Origin: Methyloceanibacter sp.
GTDB taxonomy: Bacteria; Pseudomonadota; Alphaproteobacteria; Rhizobiales; Methyloligellaceae
Assembly (NCBI GenBank): GCA_035319265.1
Contig: DATHCZ010000003.1
Span: 1-63,440, forward strand
Length of the DNA: 63,440 nt
Direction of reading: 5' to 3'
In this document: in pieces, positions 22,057 to 30,829 of the stretch
Position numbering within the stretch: position 1 is the stretch's first letter
Layout: each line of letters opens with the position of its first letter
The notes under the pieces: generated by a model
What the model was told of the DNA's origin: nothing
Database searches by the model: none
Seen by the model: the letters and a program-made list of their open reading frames with translations, nothing else
Program-made: the position numbers and the translations under genes

Positions 22057-22305
22057 ATGTTCGCTCCCACCCGCCGCAGTGACGTCAAGCGCAAGCTGAT
22101 CGAGTTCCGGCCGGAAATCTGGCAGGCGCTGGTGCTGCTCGCGCGAGACAGCGGCAAGAGCATCGAGGCGCTGGCTGACGAAGCCTTCACCGACCTATTG
22201 CGGAGATACAGCAGACCACTGTCTTTGAAGGAGGCGCTCAAGGAAAGCGCGCGGCGGCTGCCGGCTAATGACGACATGCCGCCGGCGCCGCGCGAGCGGC
22301 GCTAG
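22057..22305 (+). CDS. Small ribbon-helix-helix-like protein
   Basis: RKLIEFRPEIWQALVLLARDSGKSIEALADEAFTDLL: strand-helix-helix pattern of RHH DNA binders. Confidence 0.6.
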   Translation: MFAPTRRSDVKRKLIEFRPEIWQALVLLARDSGKSIEALADEAFTDLLRRYSRPLSLKEALKESARRLPANDDMPPAPRERR

Positions 22306-22433
22306 TCCCCGCTCCTCCGCTTCTGCCGGTTCCTGGCTTTATTCTCGAAAAGTCAGTGAAGCCTGCTTGGAGGTTTGAGCAGCTGTCGGCCGATCGGGCT
22401 TGCGCTGCGCGATGCAATCGGCATTCTCCCTCA

Positions 22434-23812
22434 ATGAATTTGCTCGCGGGCTCCGCCGATGTGCCACATCTCAATGGAGCTGACTTAAGTCTCTTCTGGT
22501 CGATCCCGTTTGCCGGGCTCCTGCTGTCAATTGCGCTTCTTCCGCTCATCGCTCCGCATTTTTGGGAGCGCCATTTCGGCAAGGTCGCGACCTTCTGGGC
22601 CTTTGCGCTACTCGTGCCCTGCATCATCGCGTTCGGCCTCTGGACGGCTGCCGAGGAGGTCTTGCACGTCTTGGCTCACGACTATCTGCCTTTCCTCATC
22701 CTCCTGTTCACGCTGTTCGTGGTGGCCGGAGGAATCAGCATCAGCGGCAACCTCATCGGCACGCCGGCCACCAACACGGCCATTCTCGCCTTCGGCGCGC
22801 TCTCGGCGAGCTTTCTCGGAACGACCGGTGCCTCAATGGTGCTGATCAGACCGATGATCAAGGCGAACCGTCATCGCGTGCTGAAGACTCATGTCTTCGT
22901 GTTCTTCATCTTCCTCGTGTCCAACATCGGAGGCTCGTTGACGCCACTCGGAGACCCCCCACTCTTCCTCGGATTTCTCAAGGGGGTCGAGTTCCAGTGG
23001 ACGTTCAAGGCGATGCTTCTGCCGATGCTGTTCGTGTCAAGCGTCCTTCTCGGCATCTTCTATGTTATCGACAGGTTCGCCTGGAATCGCGAACCTACGG
23101 TGATAGAGGGCAAGAAACGCGTAGCCCGGAAGCTCCGCATCGACGGACTGCACAACGTGCTCTATCTCCTGGCGGTCGCGCTGACCGTTCTGGCAAGCGG
23201 CTTCTGGAACCGCGGCGCGATGCTGTCCCTGGGGCTCGGCATCGAGATGCCGGTGAACGGGCTGGTCCGCGACGCGATCTTGATTGCGGTTGCCCTTCTC
23301 TCGTGGAAGACCACAAAACAGTCGATCCGCGTCGAGAACGCTTTCACTTGGACGCCGATGCAGGAGGTGGCGATGCTGTTCGCAGCCATCTTCATTACCA
23401 TGATCCCGATGCTGGCGATGCTGAAGGCCGGCGAAGCGGGGCCTTTCGGTCCGTTGCTCACTATCGTTTCGGGCCCAGACGGACAACCGATCGACGCCGC
23501 CTATTTCTGGCTGACCGGGGTGCTATCGAGCCTTCTCGACAATGCGCCCACCTATCTCGTGTTCTTCAATCTCGCCGGCGGCGACCCGCAAGAGCTCATG
23601 GGGCCCCTTGCCTCTACCCTCCTCGCCATCTCGGCGGGCGCCGTCTTCATGGGCGCCTCACCTATATCGGCAATGCGCCGAATTTCATGGTGCGCTCGAT
23701 CTGCGAGGAGCGCGGCATCAAGATGCCGAGCTTTATCGGTTACATGCTGTGGTCTGGCGCGATCCTGTTGCCGCTCTTCGTGGTCGTGACGCTCATCTGG
23801 TTCAGGGGCTAG
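22434..23812 (+). CDS. Putative Na+/H+ antiporter or citrate transporter (IT superfamily), copy 1; apparent 1-nt frameshift at about 23657
   Basis: SNIGGSLTPLGDPPLFLG, LDNAPTY; the C-terminus TYIGNAPNFMV continues in another frame. Alignment to copy 2 shows GCC[C]TC with one C missing. Confidence 0.85.
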
Positions 23813-23884
23813 GCTAGCTGAACCAGCGCGGGCAGGCCGATGGGGCTTGCGCCAGGACCTGCAAATCGGCGATTTCCATGCGTC

Positions 23885-25291
23885 ATGACCGATCAGCTTA
23901 CCAGCGCTACCGATAGGCTTACCAGCTCCGTCGATGCGATCGCCAATGGCGTCCACCTCGATGGGTTGGCGCTCAGCCTTGTTTGGTCGATCCCTTTTGC
24001 CGGATTGCTCCTGTCCATCGCACTGCTCCCACTGATCGCGCCACATTTCTGGGAGCACCATTTCGGCAAGGTCGCAGCTTTTTGGGCCATTGCCCTGCTG
24101 GTGCCGTGTACGGTTGCCTTCGGCTTTTGGACGGCTGCGGCAGAGGCCCTGCGCACCTTTCTGCTCGATTATTTGCCGTTCATCATTCTCCTCTTCACCC
24201 TCTTCGTGGTGGCTGGAGGCATCAAAGTCAGCGGCAATCTCGTTGGCACGCCGGGAACCAACACCGCGATGCTCGCTTTCGGCACCCTGTCGGCTAACCT
24301 GTTCGGAACGACCGGGGCATCGATGCTTTTGATCCGCCTCGTTATTGGCGCAAATCAGCATCGCAAGCATACGGCGCATGTCTTCGTTTTTTTCATTTTT
24401 CTGGTCGCCAATATTGGCGGATCGCTCACGCCGTTTCCGCCGCTTTATCTAGGTTTCCTCAAGGGCGTCGACTTCCTATGGACGTTCGAGGCGATTCTTT
24501 TGCCGATGCTGCTCGTGTCGGGCGTCCTCCTTTGCCTGTTCTATGTCATCGACAGGCTCGCCTGGAATCGCGAGGCTAAGGAGGCAAAGGGCCGAAAAGG
24601 CGAATCCCGTCAGTTACGCATCGATGGTCTGCATAACGTGCTCTATCTCGCGGCGGTCGCACTCACCGTTCTGGCAAGCGGCATCTGGAAGCCCAGTGCC
24701 ACCGTCGGCATCGGGCTCGGCATCGAATTGCCGGCCGGCGGCCTTATCCGCGACGCGATTCTCATCGTGGTCGCCCTTCTCTCGTGGAAGACTACGAAGC
24801 GGTCGATCCGCGTCGAAAATGCCTTCACCTGGGCACCGATGCAGGAAGTGGCCATGCTGTTCGCCGCCATCTTCATCACCATGACCCCCATGCTTGCCAT
24901 GCTAAGAGCCGGCGCCGAGGGCCCGCTTGCCCCGTTACTCGGCCTCGTCTCGACAACGGACGGGAAACCCATCGACGCGGGCTATTTTTGGCTTACCGGC
25001 ATCCTCTCGAGCTTTCTCGACAATGCGCCGACCTATCTCGCCTTTTTCAATCTCGCCGGCGGCGACGCGCAAGCTTTGATGGGGCCGCTTCATTCCACTC
25101 TGCTTGCCATCTCCATCGGCGCCGTGTTCATGGGAGCCAACACCTATATCGGCAACGCGCCGAATTTCATGGTGCGGTCGATCTGCGAGGAGCGCGGCAT
25201 CAAGATGCCGAGCTTCTTCGGTTACCTGCTGTGGTCGGGCGCGATCCTGCTGCCGCTCTTCTTGGCGGTCACTCTCATCTGGTTCCGGTGA
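23885..25291 (+). CDS. Putative Na+/H+ antiporter or citrate transporter (IT superfamily), copy 2
   Basis: Clear paralog of copy 1: GTTGASM, ANIGGSLTP, FLDNAPTY, GANTYIGNAPNFMV. Confidence 0.88.
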   Translation: MTDQLTSATDRLTSSVDAIANGVHLDGLALSLVWSIPFAGLLLSIALLPLIAPHFWEHHFGKVAAFWAIALLVPCTVAFGFWTAAAEALRTFLLDYLPFIILLFTLFVVAGGIKVSGNLVGTPGTNTAMLAFGTLSANLFGTTGASMLLIRLVIGANQHRKHTAHVFVFFIFLVANIGGSLTPFPPLYLGFLKGVDFLWTFEAILLPMLLVSGVLLCLFYVIDRLAWNREAKEAKGRKGESRQLRIDGLHNVLYLAAVALTVLASGIWKPSATVGIGLGIELPAGGLIRDAILIVVALLSWKTTKRSIRVENAFTWAPMQEVAMLFAAIFITMTPMLAMLRAGAEGPLAPLLGLVSTTDGKPIDAGYFWLTGILSSFLDNAPTYLAFFNLAGGDAQALMGPLHSTLLAISIGAVFMGANTYIGNAPNFMVRSICEERGIKMPSFFGYLLWSGAILLPLFLAVTLIWFR

Positions 25292-25297
25292 GAGGAC

Positions 25298-26341
25298 TCA
25301 CTCTTTGAGCCGGGCGACGATGGCCTCCAAAGCCGCAATGGCCTCCGCCCGATCATGCTTCTGTAGGTCGAGCAGGAGCTTGAACCCGTCGGATTCCTCG
25401 CGGATGACGGCGCCCTCGCCGGCGAGATCGTCGTAGAGGCCGAGCACCTTGTAGCAGCGGATCGGCTCGGCGAAGCCCTTCACCTTGATTGGCGCCTGCT
25501 CCTCGGCGGCCACCTCGTCCTTCACCAGCGAATAGGTCTCGTGCCCCATGAGGATACCGTCGATCTCGGCATATGACTGCAGCCGCGCGGTCAGATTCAC
25601 CGAGCTGCCGATGATCGTATAGTCCATGCGGTCTTGGCTGCCGAAATTGCCGACTGTCACGTAACCCGTATTGATGCCGATGCGCAGGTGAAATGGCTTT
25701 TCAGCGCCAAGCTCTTGCCATTCGGATCGCAACTCGCGCAGGCGCTTCAACATGGCGATCGCCATGCGCACGCACGCGCGGGCGTCCTCCTTGACGCCTC
25801 GCGATTCGGGATCGCCGAAGAACACCATGATGGCGTCGCCGATATATTTGTCGATGGTGGCGCCATGCGCGAGCGAGATGTTCGACATCTCGGTGAGATA
25901 GCGATTTAGGACGTTGGTGAGGTCCTCGGATTCCAGCTTGTCGGTGGTCTCGGTGAAATTGACCACGTCGGAGAAGAAGATGGTGAGCTTCTTGCGGCTC
26001 GAGGCGATCTCCACATTCTGCGCACCGGTGAAAATCGAGTGGTAGATCTGGGGCGACAGATATTTCGACAGTTTCGTCGAGAGCGCCTCGAGCTCGAGAT
26101 TCTTCTGCGCGATGATCTCGTTTGCCTTGCGCTGCTCTTGGGTCAGGGCGTTGAGCTGCTCCTCGTTCCGGTCGCTCAAGCGCATCAACCGGCGGGTGGT
26201 GCGGAATAGTTTCTGGTAATCCTTGAGCAACTCCTCGTAGAGCTTGCCGTCGACGCGATCGGCGAAGCGGCCGGCGTCGAGCAAAGCCTGAGCCGTGGCA
26301 ATGACCTGCTCCTCGGCCGCGAAAAGATCGTCGGAGGACAT
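25298..26341 (-). CDS. Class III adenylate cyclase with N-terminal coiled coil, in the SiaD position
   Basis: TIFFSDVVNFT, DKYIGDAIMVFFG, RIGINTG, GNFGSQDRMDYTIIGSSVNLTARL, VKGFAEP; start codon overlaps the siaC stop. Confidence 0.93.
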   Translation of the reverse strand: MSSDDLFAAEEQVIATAQALLDAGRFADRVDGKLYEELLKDYQKLFRTTRRLMRLSDRNEEQLNALTQEQRKANEIIAQKNLELEALSTKLSKYLSPQIYHSIFTGAQNVEIASSRKKLTIFFSDVVNFTETTDKLESEDLTNVLNRYLTEMSNISLAHGATIDKYIGDAIMVFFGDPESRGVKEDARACVRMAIAMLKRLRELRSEWQELGAEKPFHLRIGINTGYVTVGNFGSQDRMDYTIIGSSVNLTARLQSYAEIDGILMGHETYSLVKDEVAAEEQAPIKVKGFAEPIRCYKVLGLYDDLAGEGAVIREESDGFKLLLDLQKHDRAEAIAALEAIVARLKE

Positions 26342-26730
26342 TAGCCAGCCATCTTCTCCAGATGGAACTTGGCGTTCTCGAGGTCCTCGCCGAATTCCTC
26401 GCCAAGCTCCTGCATCGTGTCGTCTTCCTTGTCGTAGTACCAGTAGACCACGACCTCGGCGCCCTTCTTGGCGGCCGCCTCGAGCTTGTCCATCAGCATC
26501 ATGATCGCCTTGGCGCTCGACGAGTTAAGATAGATGAGCTCGAAATCGAAGCGGCAGCTGCCTTTGCCGAGCTTGCTTAGATAATTGTCAAGGGCAGTGA
26601 AGACCGGTCCGTAGAACTCGGTGACGTCCTCGGGATAGGACTCACCCCTGATCTTGAGGTGATGTTGGGTGAAGTCAAACGTCACCGCTGGAGTGCGGGT
26701 GGTGGCGGCAATGTCGATCTTATCTCGCAT
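26341..26730 (-). CDS. siaC: SiaC-family regulatory phosphoprotein (DUF1987)
   Basis: TPAVTFD, GESYPED, FELIYLNSSSAK, WYYDKEDDTMQELGEEFGED. Confidence 0.9.
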   Translation of the reverse strand: MRDKIDIAATTRTPAVTFDFTQHHLKIRGESYPEDVTEFYGPVFTALDNYLSKLGKGSCRFDFELIYLNSSSAKAIMMLMDKLEAAAKKGAEVVVYWYYDKEDDTMQELGEEFGEDLENAKFHLEKMAG

Positions 26731-26741
26731 CGATCCGGCTC

Positions 26742-27311
26742 TCAGATGCTCGCCTTGAGCGCGAAAAACGCGTAAGTCTCGTCAACGTCGGCGAAATCGA
26801 ATTCAATCGGCTTGGAGGCGCGCCGCGCGATCTCCATGAAGCCGAGGCCGGCGCCTTTGCTGCCCGGTTCCGGGTCCGCCCGAAGTTGCTCCTTGTAGAG
26901 CGCCTTGAGCTCATCCTTGCTCATATTCCTTATGCGGCTGAGCTTGGTCCGCAGACGCTCCACGTCGGAGCACGCCATCAGATTGCCTGCACATACGACA
27001 TACTCGTTATCTTCCTTGCCGATGGTCAGGATACCGTAGCTAATTTCCATGAGCGCATTGGCGTCGGGAACGGGAGGCGGTGTAGGTCGCGCCTTCTCGG
27101 CCGAATAGCGGATGATATTCTGCATCTGCTCCACGAAGATGGCGAAGACGCTGCGCAACGTCTTGGTGTCGGCATCGTCGATGGTAAGCTTCTGCTTCAA
27201 CGCTTCGCCCACGCCGCTCAGCACCGGCTCGGTGACATAGCCGCTATATGCAAAAATAACCCCTTGCCTGTGCAGCACAGCCCGCGTGTCCATTAATTGG
27301 CGAGCGAGCAT
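26742..27311 (-). CDS. siaB: SiaB-family protein kinase (DUF6272)
   Basis: FVEQMQNIIRYS, CAGN, LKALYKEQL, GAGLGFMEIARRASKP (GHKL-like ATP lid). Confidence 0.88.
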   Translation of the reverse strand: MLARQLMDTRAVLHRQGVIFAYSGYVTEPVLSGVGEALKQKLTIDDADTKTLRSVFAIFVEQMQNIIRYSAEKARPTPPPVPDANALMEISYGILTIGKEDNEYVVCAGNLMACSDVERLRTKLSRIRNMSKDELKALYKEQLRADPEPGSKGAGLGFMEIARRASKPIEFDFADVDETYAFFALKASI

Positions 27312-27320
27312 CGGCGTCTC

Positions 27321-30197
27321 CTATGAATGAGGCGTAAAGCCCAACACCGTCAGATCGTCGCGACGGAGCTGCTCGCCTTGGTGGCGTTCGAGCGCCCGGC
27401 GAAAGGATTCTTCCTGGGCGCGCATCGGAATGCCGCGATTCTGTTTGAGCAGCTCGAGAAAACGCCGCTTGCCGAAAGAGCGGCCACGGGGACCACCGAT
27501 CTGGTCGATCAAACCATCGGTGCTGAGGTAGAAGGAATCACGGTCGTCATAGGGGAAGGTGTAATCGGTGTAGGTCGTCCCCTGCGGGTAGCGCCGGTAA
27601 CCGATGCCCTTGCGATCGCCTTTGATCTCGATGACGTCTTCCTGGTTCGCCCGCCACAGCGAGAAGCGCGCCCCGGCGAAGCTCATTTCCCGCTTGGAGG
27701 GTTTGATGAAGCAGACGCCAGCCTCGAGCCCGTCATCCGTCTCGCCCCCCTCCTCGTTCTGGCCGAGCAGGCTCTGCACACCGCGGTGAAGCCCGGCCAA
27801 CACTTCGCTCGGCTTGTCGCTCGAGGCGGTCCGCAGCATGCGGTCGAGCAGGCCCCAGGCGATCAGCGTCATGAAGGCTCCGGGTACGCCATGTCCGATG
27901 CAGTCGCCGACCATCACGGCATAACCGTCCTCGATCGGCTGAAACCAGAAAAAATCGCCGCCGACGATGTCGCGTGGCTCCCAAATCAAGAAATGGTCTG
28001 CCGCTACGGCCCTGAGTTCCTGGCGCGCCGGCAGAACGGCGGACTGGATGCGGCTCGCATAACGCAGACTCTGGAGAATAAGCTGATTGGCGGCGGCCGC
28101 CCTCTGCTCGCTCTCCTTGATCTCGGTCAGATCGCTATAAACGGCGACGGTGCCGCCGGCCTCGGTGCGGCGCTCGCTGATCTGGAGCCAGCGTCCATCC
28201 GAGCGGCGCTGGAGCAGCGGCTCACCTGGATGGCGATGCTCTTCCAGGCGCTGGCGGAGCCAACCCTCGGCGCGCCCCATGGCGTCCTCGATCATGCCGT
28301 TGGCGACGGCGCCGCGGATGATGTCGTCATAGGTCATGCCGGGTTTTGGAGGGCCCTCGCCGAAATCGAACAGCTCGTAGTATTTGTGATTGCCGAGAAC
28401 GAGCCGGTCTTCCGAATCGTAGAGCGCGAAGCCTTCGGTGATCGAGCCGATGGCGTCGGTCAGGCGCTGCTCGCTCTGCTGCAAGGCCGCCTGCTCCGCC
28501 GTCTTGCGCGCGGTGACCTCGCTCCACGAACCGATCACCTCGAGCGGATTGCCGTTCTGGTCCCTGACAAGATGCTGCTCGTCGCTCACCCAGCAATAGA
28601 AGTCGTCAGCCTTGCGGAACCGGTACTCGGCGACATGCCGGTCGTCCTCGAAGAGCTTGGCCTGCGCCTTCTCGACCGCGGCGAGATCGTCGGGATGAAC
28701 GCGCGAGCGCCAAAAGTCCGGGTCGTTGAGATATTGGTCGGACTCGTAACCGAGCACGCGCTTGATGTTCTCGCTGACGAAGGTCGGAGTGAAGTCGCCG
28801 GTCGCGGCAAAGCTGTAGACCACGGCGGGTGCCGAGTGCAGCACCAGATCGAACCGGGCGCGGGCCGCGTTGCCCTCCTGCTCGGCCTGCTTGCGCGCAG
28901 TGATGTTGCTCCACGAGCCGACGATCTCGGCGGGCGCGCCGTCTTCGTCGCGCAGAAGGTATTGATCGTCACTGACCCAGATGAAGGTCCCGTTTTTCTT
29001 GCGGAAACGGTACTCGACGGCGTGGCGCCCCTTCTCGAACAGCTTGGCCTGCTCGGCCTCGACGGCGGCGAGATCTTCGGGGTGCACGTTGTTGCGCCAG
29101 AAATCGGCATGCTCGAGATATTTCTCCGGGCAATAGCCAAGCAGCCGCTTGATATTCTCGCTGACGAAGGTCGGGGCGTAATCGTCCTTGGCCTTGAAGG
29201 AGTAGATCACCGAGGGCGCGCTTTCGAGCAGCGTCGAGAGGCGCGCTCGGGCGGCATCCTCGGCCTCCTCGGCGTGTTTCCGATCGGTCACGTCGCTCCA
29301 TGAGCCGACAATCTCGAAGGGATCGCCGTTTGCGTCGCGGATGAGATGCTGCTCGTCGCTGACCCAGCGATAATGGCCGTCCTTGGTGCGGAAGCGGTAT
29401 TCCGAGGTGTGCCTTTCCTGCTCGAAGAGAAGCGCCTGCTCGGCCTCGATTCTTTCGATGTCGTCGGGATGGACGCGGGAGCGCCAGAACTCCGGATTTT
29501 TCAGATATTCCTCTGGGCGATAACCGAGCAGCCGCTTGATGTTTTCGCTGATGAAGGTCGGGGCGTAGTCGTCCTTGGCCTTGAAGGAATAGATCACCGA
29601 CGGCGCAGTCTCGAGCAGGATCGAGAGCCGGTTGCGCGCGTCATCCTCGGCCGCCTCAGCCGCCTTGCGCGCGGTAATGTCGCTCCACGAACCGACGATC
29701 TCGGCTGGCTTGCCCGTCTCGTCGCGGACGAGGTGTTGATCGTCGTTCACCCAGCAATAGGAGCCATCCTTGCGGCGGAAGCGATATTCGATCGCCTGCC
29801 TGTCAGTCTGAAAGAGGGTTGCCACCTCCGCTTCGACCCGGGCAAGGTCCTCGGGATGAACCCGCTCGCGCCAGAAGCTCGGATTTTTGAGATATTCGCT
29901 GGCCCTATAGCCAAACAGGCGCTCGATATTGGCGCTGACAAAGGTCGGAGCAAAGTCGCCGTCGGCCCCGAAGCTGTAGATCACGGCGGGAGAGGCATCG
30001 AGCAGCCGCGCAAGCTTCCGCTCGGCAGCGGCTTCCACGTCGGCCACGTGCTGCCGTTCCTCCTCTTGGTGATCGCGCGACGCCTCGGCCAAAATACTCT
30101 CGATGATATCGGCTACGTGTCCGGAATCGGTGCCGGGCGGCAGCACTTTACCAAGCGCCGCCGCCGCAATCTCGGCGTATTTTCGCGAAGACCTCAT
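27321..30197 (-). CDS. siaA: Cytoplasmic multi-PAS PP2C/SpoIIE phosphatase (SiaA-like)
   Basis: Four tandem PAS-PAC units plus a fifth PAS; SLRYASRIQ, WEPRDIVGGDFFW, DCIGHGVPGAFMT, DDGLE, STDG..DQIGG, RRDDLTV. No transmembrane segment. Confidence 0.88.
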   Translation of the reverse strand: MRSSRKYAEIAAAALGKVLPPGTDSGHVADIIESILAEASRDHQEEERQHVADVEAAAERKLARLLDASPAVIYSFGADGDFAPTFVSANIERLFGYRASEYLKNPSFWRERVHPEDLARVEAEVATLFQTDRQAIEYRFRRKDGSYCWVNDDQHLVRDETGKPAEIVGSWSDITARKAAEAAEDDARNRLSILLETAPSVIYSFKAKDDYAPTFISENIKRLLGYRPEEYLKNPEFWRSRVHPDDIERIEAEQALLFEQERHTSEYRFRTKDGHYRWVSDEQHLIRDANGDPFEIVGSWSDVTDRKHAEEAEDAARARLSTLLESAPSVIYSFKAKDDYAPTFVSENIKRLLGYCPEKYLEHADFWRNNVHPEDLAAVEAEQAKLFEKGRHAVEYRFRKKNGTFIWVSDDQYLLRDEDGAPAEIVGSWSNITARKQAEQEGNAARARFDLVLHSAPAVVYSFAATGDFTPTFVSENIKRVLGYESDQYLNDPDFWRSRVHPDDLAAVEKAQAKLFEDDRHVAEYRFRKADDFYCWVSDEQHLVRDQNGNPLEVIGSWSEVTARKTAEQAALQQSEQRLTDAIGSITEGFALYDSEDRLVLGNHKYYELFDFGEGPPKPGMTYDDIIRGAVANGMIEDAMGRAEGWLRQRLEEHRHPGEPLLQRRSDGRWLQISERRTEAGGTVAVYSDLTEIKESEQRAAAANQLILQSLRYASRIQSAVLPARQELRAVAADHFLIWEPRDIVGGDFFWFQPIEDGYAVMVGDCIGHGVPGAFMTLIAWGLLDRMLRTASSDKPSEVLAGLHRGVQSLLGQNEEGGETDDGLEAGVCFIKPSKREMSFAGARFSLWRANQEDVIEIKGDRKGIGYRRYPQGTTYTDYTFPYDDRDSFYLSTDGLIDQIGGPRGRSFGKRRFLELLKQNRGIPMRAQEESFRRALERHQGEQLRRDDLTVLGFTPHS
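28468..30015 (-). repeat. Four in-frame tandem repeats of 387 bp (129-aa PAS-PAC units) inside siaA
   Basis: Codons for the (V)IYSF/VVYSF motif recur at about 29977, 29590, 29203 and 28816, an exact 387-bp period. Shared PTF(V/I)SxNI, FWR..VHP.D, EYRFR, WV.D.Q.L, E(I/V)(V/I)GSWS. Confidence 0.9.
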
Positions 30198-30464
30198 TTA
30201 GATGACAATTAGATGAGCGAATTCAGAATGCCTGGGACCGGAGACTTCGAGGCGCACTAGAGATAGCTCAGAGGAGCTTCTCCCTGTCAATGGCAAGACA
30301 GGAGCACACTTTGCAGCTCGAATGCAGGACCGCTCAAGCTTTGGGCGCCGCTCCAGGCCGCGCCGGAGAGCCCTCTCCCCTCCGCGCAACGTAAAGGGGC
30401 CGGCGCGCCCGCCAAGGCGCGCCGATCCCAACGAACCGTTCGTTCGCGACTGAAGCGTTCGGAA

Positions 30465-30677
30465 CTACTGCGCTGGAGCCGGGGTCGCAGGGGCGGCCGG
30501 AGCTTCAGGCGCCGGAGCTGGCGTCTCAGCGCCACCCGTTGCCGGAGCCGGAGTTTCCCCCCCAGATTTCCCAAGCACGCAATTGATCAAGGTGGCGTCG
30601 TATTTGCAGTGGTGCCGCTGCGCCTGCACCACCACCAGGACGGCGATGATCACAATCAAGATAAGAAGAATCCGCAT
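30465..30677 (-). CDS. Small membrane-anchored or secreted protein with Pro/Ala-rich tail
   Basis: GGAGG RBS; hydrophobic N-terminus; two Cys; ETPAPA repeats. Confidence 0.7.
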   Translation of the reverse strand: MRILLILIVIIAVLVVVQAQRHHCKYDATLINCVLGKSGGETPAPATGGAETPAPAPEAPAAPATPAPAQ

Positions 30678-30725
30678 TCAAACACCCTCCCTATTCCCGC
30701 GGGCGTAACGTATACGAATGCAATG

Positions 30726-30757
30726 AAAACCAAAAGGGCCGGCGCGAGGCCGACCCC
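30726..30757 (-). terminator. Rho-independent terminator
   Basis: Minus strand GGGTCGGC-CTCGC-GCCGGCCC followed by TTTTGGTTTT, downstream of the 30830 ORF. Confidence 0.7.
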
Positions 30758-30829
30758 AATGGATTTATCACGAGTCCTCTGATGCAGGACAGCGCCGAGC
30801 GGCGCATCCCTCCGCCCGGGGTCCCTCAG

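Noticed and set aside
27327-29303. 658-aa plus-strand ORF
   Set aside because: Antisense shadow of siaA, expected from high-GC codon bias; no recognisable motifs.
28468-30015. Periodic DNA repeats considered as a CRISPR array or mobile element
   Set aside because: The period is 387 bp, in frame and protein-coding (PAS units); there is no short repeat-spacer structure and no cas gene.
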